Shown here: in pieces, positions 59,919-64,000 of the stretch
How positions within the stretch are numbered: the first letter of the stretch is position 1
Layout: every line of letters begins with the position of its first letter
From: the human T2T-CHM13v2.0 reference genome, Homo sapiens
Assembly: GCF_009914755.1 (NCBI RefSeq)
Contig: NC_060925.1
Length of the DNA: 64,000 bases
Direction: 5' to 3' (one strand)
Notes under the pieces: generated by a model
Told to the model about the DNA's origin: nothing
The model's database searches: none
Seen by the model: the letters and a program-made list of their open reading frames with translations, nothing else
Made by a program: the position numbers and the translations under genes

Positions 59919-60368
59919 TGTTACGGGTTGAATTTTGTCCCCTCAAAATTCATACATTGAAGTCCTATCTCCCCAGTACCTCTGAATATGGCCTTATTTG
60001 GAAATAGGGTTGTTGCAGATGTAGTCAGTTAAGATGAGATCATATCCGAGTAAAATAGCCCCTAATTCAGTAAGGCTGGTGTCCTTATAAGGGGGAATTT
60101 GGACACAGGCATATGTAAAAGGAGAATGCCAAGTGAAGATGAGTTATGCTGCCACAAGCTACAGAATGCCAAAGATTACCAGCAAGCCACCCCAAAGCTA
60201 AGGGAGAAACATGAAACAGACTCTCCCTCACAGCCCTCAGAAGGAGCCAACCTGGCTAACACTTTGTTCTCACACCTCTAGCCACCAGAATCATAAGACA
60301 CACTTTTCTGCAGTGTCATCTGCTCAGTTTGTGGTATTTTCTTACAGCATCCCTAGAAAACTAATGCA
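59919..60368 (+). mobile_element. MaLR LTR (MLT1C/B-like)
   Basis: tgttacgggttgaatt...ccttatttggaaatagggt...cagccctcagaaggagccaacc. Confidence 0.87.
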
Positions 60369-61479
60369 CAGTTGTTTTAAATTACTTTACCTTCCCTTAT
60401 ATTTTCTTGTCTTGTATCTAATTAGGATATTACAAGTGCATGTTAACTGTTATTATGATGTAGGTGCTTTTTTGTCCCTATTGAACCTCATACAATTTAT
60501 CCTAAAGCATTTTCTAAACTTCTTTTTACACGAAAGATCACTTAGGAGACCTGGCAGAAAAGTGAGCAAGTGAGACTGGTAAGTGAGCAATCAGTGGGTT
60601 AACCTTTCACCTTTTTCATCACCAAGTGCCAAATCAAAAGAAGATGCCAGTGAGGCATAGCATTGGAGTAGAGTGAACAATGGGTGCAAACAGATGAGAG
60701 TTCATGGATGTGCTGGGGAATGTGTTATCCACGTTACTTGGTAGTTTTCTAAAAGTTACCATTCAACATTTGGGAGGTTTGAGGGTCATGAAATGGGAGT
60801 GGCTACAAAAGTGTGCAAGGTATTCGATGCCATGGAGACCAAATGCCAGCAAAGACACTCCTCTGCAGAGGCCGGAACCATAATACCATCTGGGTAATTG
60901 AGATACAGTGTCTAAAGAGAATGGTGAATGTAACTGTGGATCACGCAGGATTTTAGTTGAGGAAATCTGATTTGGCAGACAGAAGAATATCCAGAGAAAT
61001 TCTCAGTGTCAGATGTGCTCTTGACTGGGAGAGAAATCTAATGCCCCATGGGACAAAATAGTGAAACACTGAAGAAAGAAAGAGGATCACAGCCAAATGG
61101 CCTAGGATTCATCTCTGGTGAAAAACTGGAGTGCTGGGCATGAATAATACTGAGGTTCCACCTATGAGCTGGCCCATGAAAACAGGACAGGGGCAACCAA
61201 TGGAAGGCTGAGGGGACTGCTGCAACTCTCAGCTTCGTGGTCACTCATGACCATATCTGATAGTCCTGATCCTATCTTGCTGGTAAGCAGTAAAGCCAAG
61301 TCTTTTGGACAATGGCATCAAAAACCCCTATATAGATGGACCCAGAAAGTGATGGGAGACAGGCTTTACCTACTAGAGATACTCATCAATAGATATGACC
61401 CAGAGAGCTGGAAAAGAACAAAAGGAGCAAATAAGAACATTCTAAAACTTACTAAATAACTGAGCTATTTATTAGTTTA

Positions 61480-61834
61480 CACTCTGGACTGAATTGTGTC
61501 CTCCCAAAGTTCATGTGTTGCACTCCTAACCCCCAGTGTGGCTGTATTTGGTGTAAGGATGTAACTGATGTTAAATGGGATCATAAAGGTAGACCCCAAT
61601 GAAATAGGATTAGTGTCCTTAGAAGAGGAGACACCAGCGAGCTTACTCTCTCTCCCTGCCGCATGAGCACACATCTACAAGGCAGGAAGGAGCCCTCACT
61701 AGGAACTAACTGGCCAATACCTTGATCTTGAACCTGTCAGCATCCAAACCTGTGAAAAAATAAATTTCTATTTCTGTTGTTTAAAACACCTTGTCTATGG
61801 TATTTTGTTATGGCAGCCCAAGCCAACTAATACA
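61480..61834 (+). mobile_element. MaLR LTR (MLT1A-like)
   Basis: ggactgaattgtgtcctccca...ccttgatcttgaac...tatggcagcccaagccaactaataca. Confidence 0.82.
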
Positions 61835-62276
61835 GTATGCAATCAATTTAAAATTTCTTATTAACAGCTATATTCAATAAAAGTTAATCTACCTCTGAGG
61901 AAAGTTTTTTAAAGATTAATAGTTGCTTATGAAAGAAAAACTGTAGTCAATTATTTGTTGCATCCTACCTTTAATATAATGAGACATAAAAGCTTTACCC
62001 ATGAATGTCATTTAGTGTCCTTTCCTCATTTTCAAAGTAGTTTATTGTTTAGAAAACAGAAAAGAAAACCTAGTACACATCCCTAGCTATTTCTCAGGAA
62101 ACATTCTCAGAAGTAGAATTACTAAGTTAAAGACTATGCATATTTTAAAGCTACTTGATAAATATTTCCCAAGTATCCACCAAAAAGGTTGAACCAATTT
62201 ACACTCCACAAAGGAGCAGAGAAGAACATCTATTTCCATGTACTCATGCCACCTCTGAATTTCATTTTAAATTTTA

Positions 62277-63008
<732 letters not shown>

Positions 63009-63039
63009 TTTGTCAACTTGATAGGGATAAAATGATAGG

Positions 63040-63470
63040 TTTCTGTGTAGTGAAGAATTAACTTAGGGCTTTTGGCTACCGGGAGGTGATCTCTAGGCCC
63101 CTGGAATGCCCAGCGTGTTATGAGTATCTTTGTTGGCCTGAGGGCTTTGGCCACCAGTCTAGAGATGTGATTTATGGTGAGGGCTTTGACCCTCTGGACA
63201 TCAAAGGCTCAGGTGAGCATCACTGGTTGGCAGTATTCTGTATGTATTGTCACACATCGTAACCAGGAGGTAACACAATCCATGACTCTGTAGAGAGAGG
63301 AAGATGGGAAGCCCTGTGCATGGACCCCTCCAGGCTCTGCCCTATGTCGCTTCCCTCTGCTGATTTTATTATCTGTGTCCTTTTGCTATAATAAAATTGT
63401 AAGCATAATAAAACTGCTTTCCTGAGTACTGTGTGTCATTCTTGTGAATTACCCAACCTGAGGGTGGCCA
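63040..63470 (+). mobile_element. ERVL LTR (MER21/MER77-like)
   Basis: gtattgtcacacatc...ctctgccctatg...tttgctataataaa...ctttcctgagt.ctgtg.gtcattct...aacctgagggtgg. Confidence 0.6.
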
Positions 63471-63479
63471 GACAAGGTC

Positions 63480-64000
63480 TCTCGGCTTTTTCTTTTTTAA
63501 GTACTTTAACTTTGTTAATTTTTTTGTTGTAAATAGCTTATTATTAATTATTTGCTTATTAATTTAGTTTGTAGCTTTAAGTTATTATATAACCAGTTCT
63601 ATCAGTCTTTTCCTTTACAGCTTTTCTGTACTTACAAAGGTCTTTCTCACTACAAAATTATATAGGCATTCATCTTTATTTTCAAGTTTTTTAGTGTCCT
63701 TCTCCCACATTTAACTAATTCCATTTGGAATTTGTTTTCTTGTACTCTTTTAGGTAAAAATCTATTGTTACTTTTTCCCAAACTGATTCTCAATTGACCC
63801 AAAACCACCTTTTGCCTCACTGTATTTTTCTTCATTTTTATCACATGCTAAATTCCCACATACACTAGGGTTCATACGTGGTCACTCTATTCTGTTCCAT
63901 CTATATACAGTTCATCACTCTTGTCTTCAGATTCTGTGGGTTTATAATACATATTAATATCCCATTGCAAACATTTTTCCTACTTATTGTTCCTATTCAA
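63480..64000 (-). mobile_element. Old L1M fragment
   Basis: T-rich antisense L1 signature (ttcacatttaac...ccatttggaattt, ctctattctgttccat). Confidence 0.5.

Overview
Primate (human-like) repeat-rich, apparently intergenic or intronic DNA. I find no credible host protein-coding gene, RNA gene or CRISPR array; the ORF track is explained by decayed retroviral frames, Alu/LTR-derived spurious ORFs and chance. 1-8.7 kb holds two same-orientation ERV9/LTR12 (class I) elements: the 3' end of one (integrase, doubly deleted env, LTR) and a two-LTR provirus lacking almost all of pol. The second provirus sits in a 5'-truncated L1PA, which itself sits in a MER5 DNA transposon. 20.5-28 kb holds a near-complete, heavily decayed ERV-L provirus (MLT2 LTRs, gag, PR/RT/RH/IN, dUTPase, no env). 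The rest is Alus, MaLR LTRs, hAT/Tigger MITEs, MIR/L2/L1M fragments and microsatellites. The most interesting non-repeat signals are regulatory: three co-oriented CTCF motifs, an E-box/MEF2/NKX/ARE motif cluster near 56 kb, an IRF/PRDM1 motif, a four-tier G-quadruplex and a perfect hairpin. I do not see evidence for a novel biological system. Repeat subfamily names were assigned by eye from remembered consensus sequences and need RepeatMasker/Dfam confirmation.
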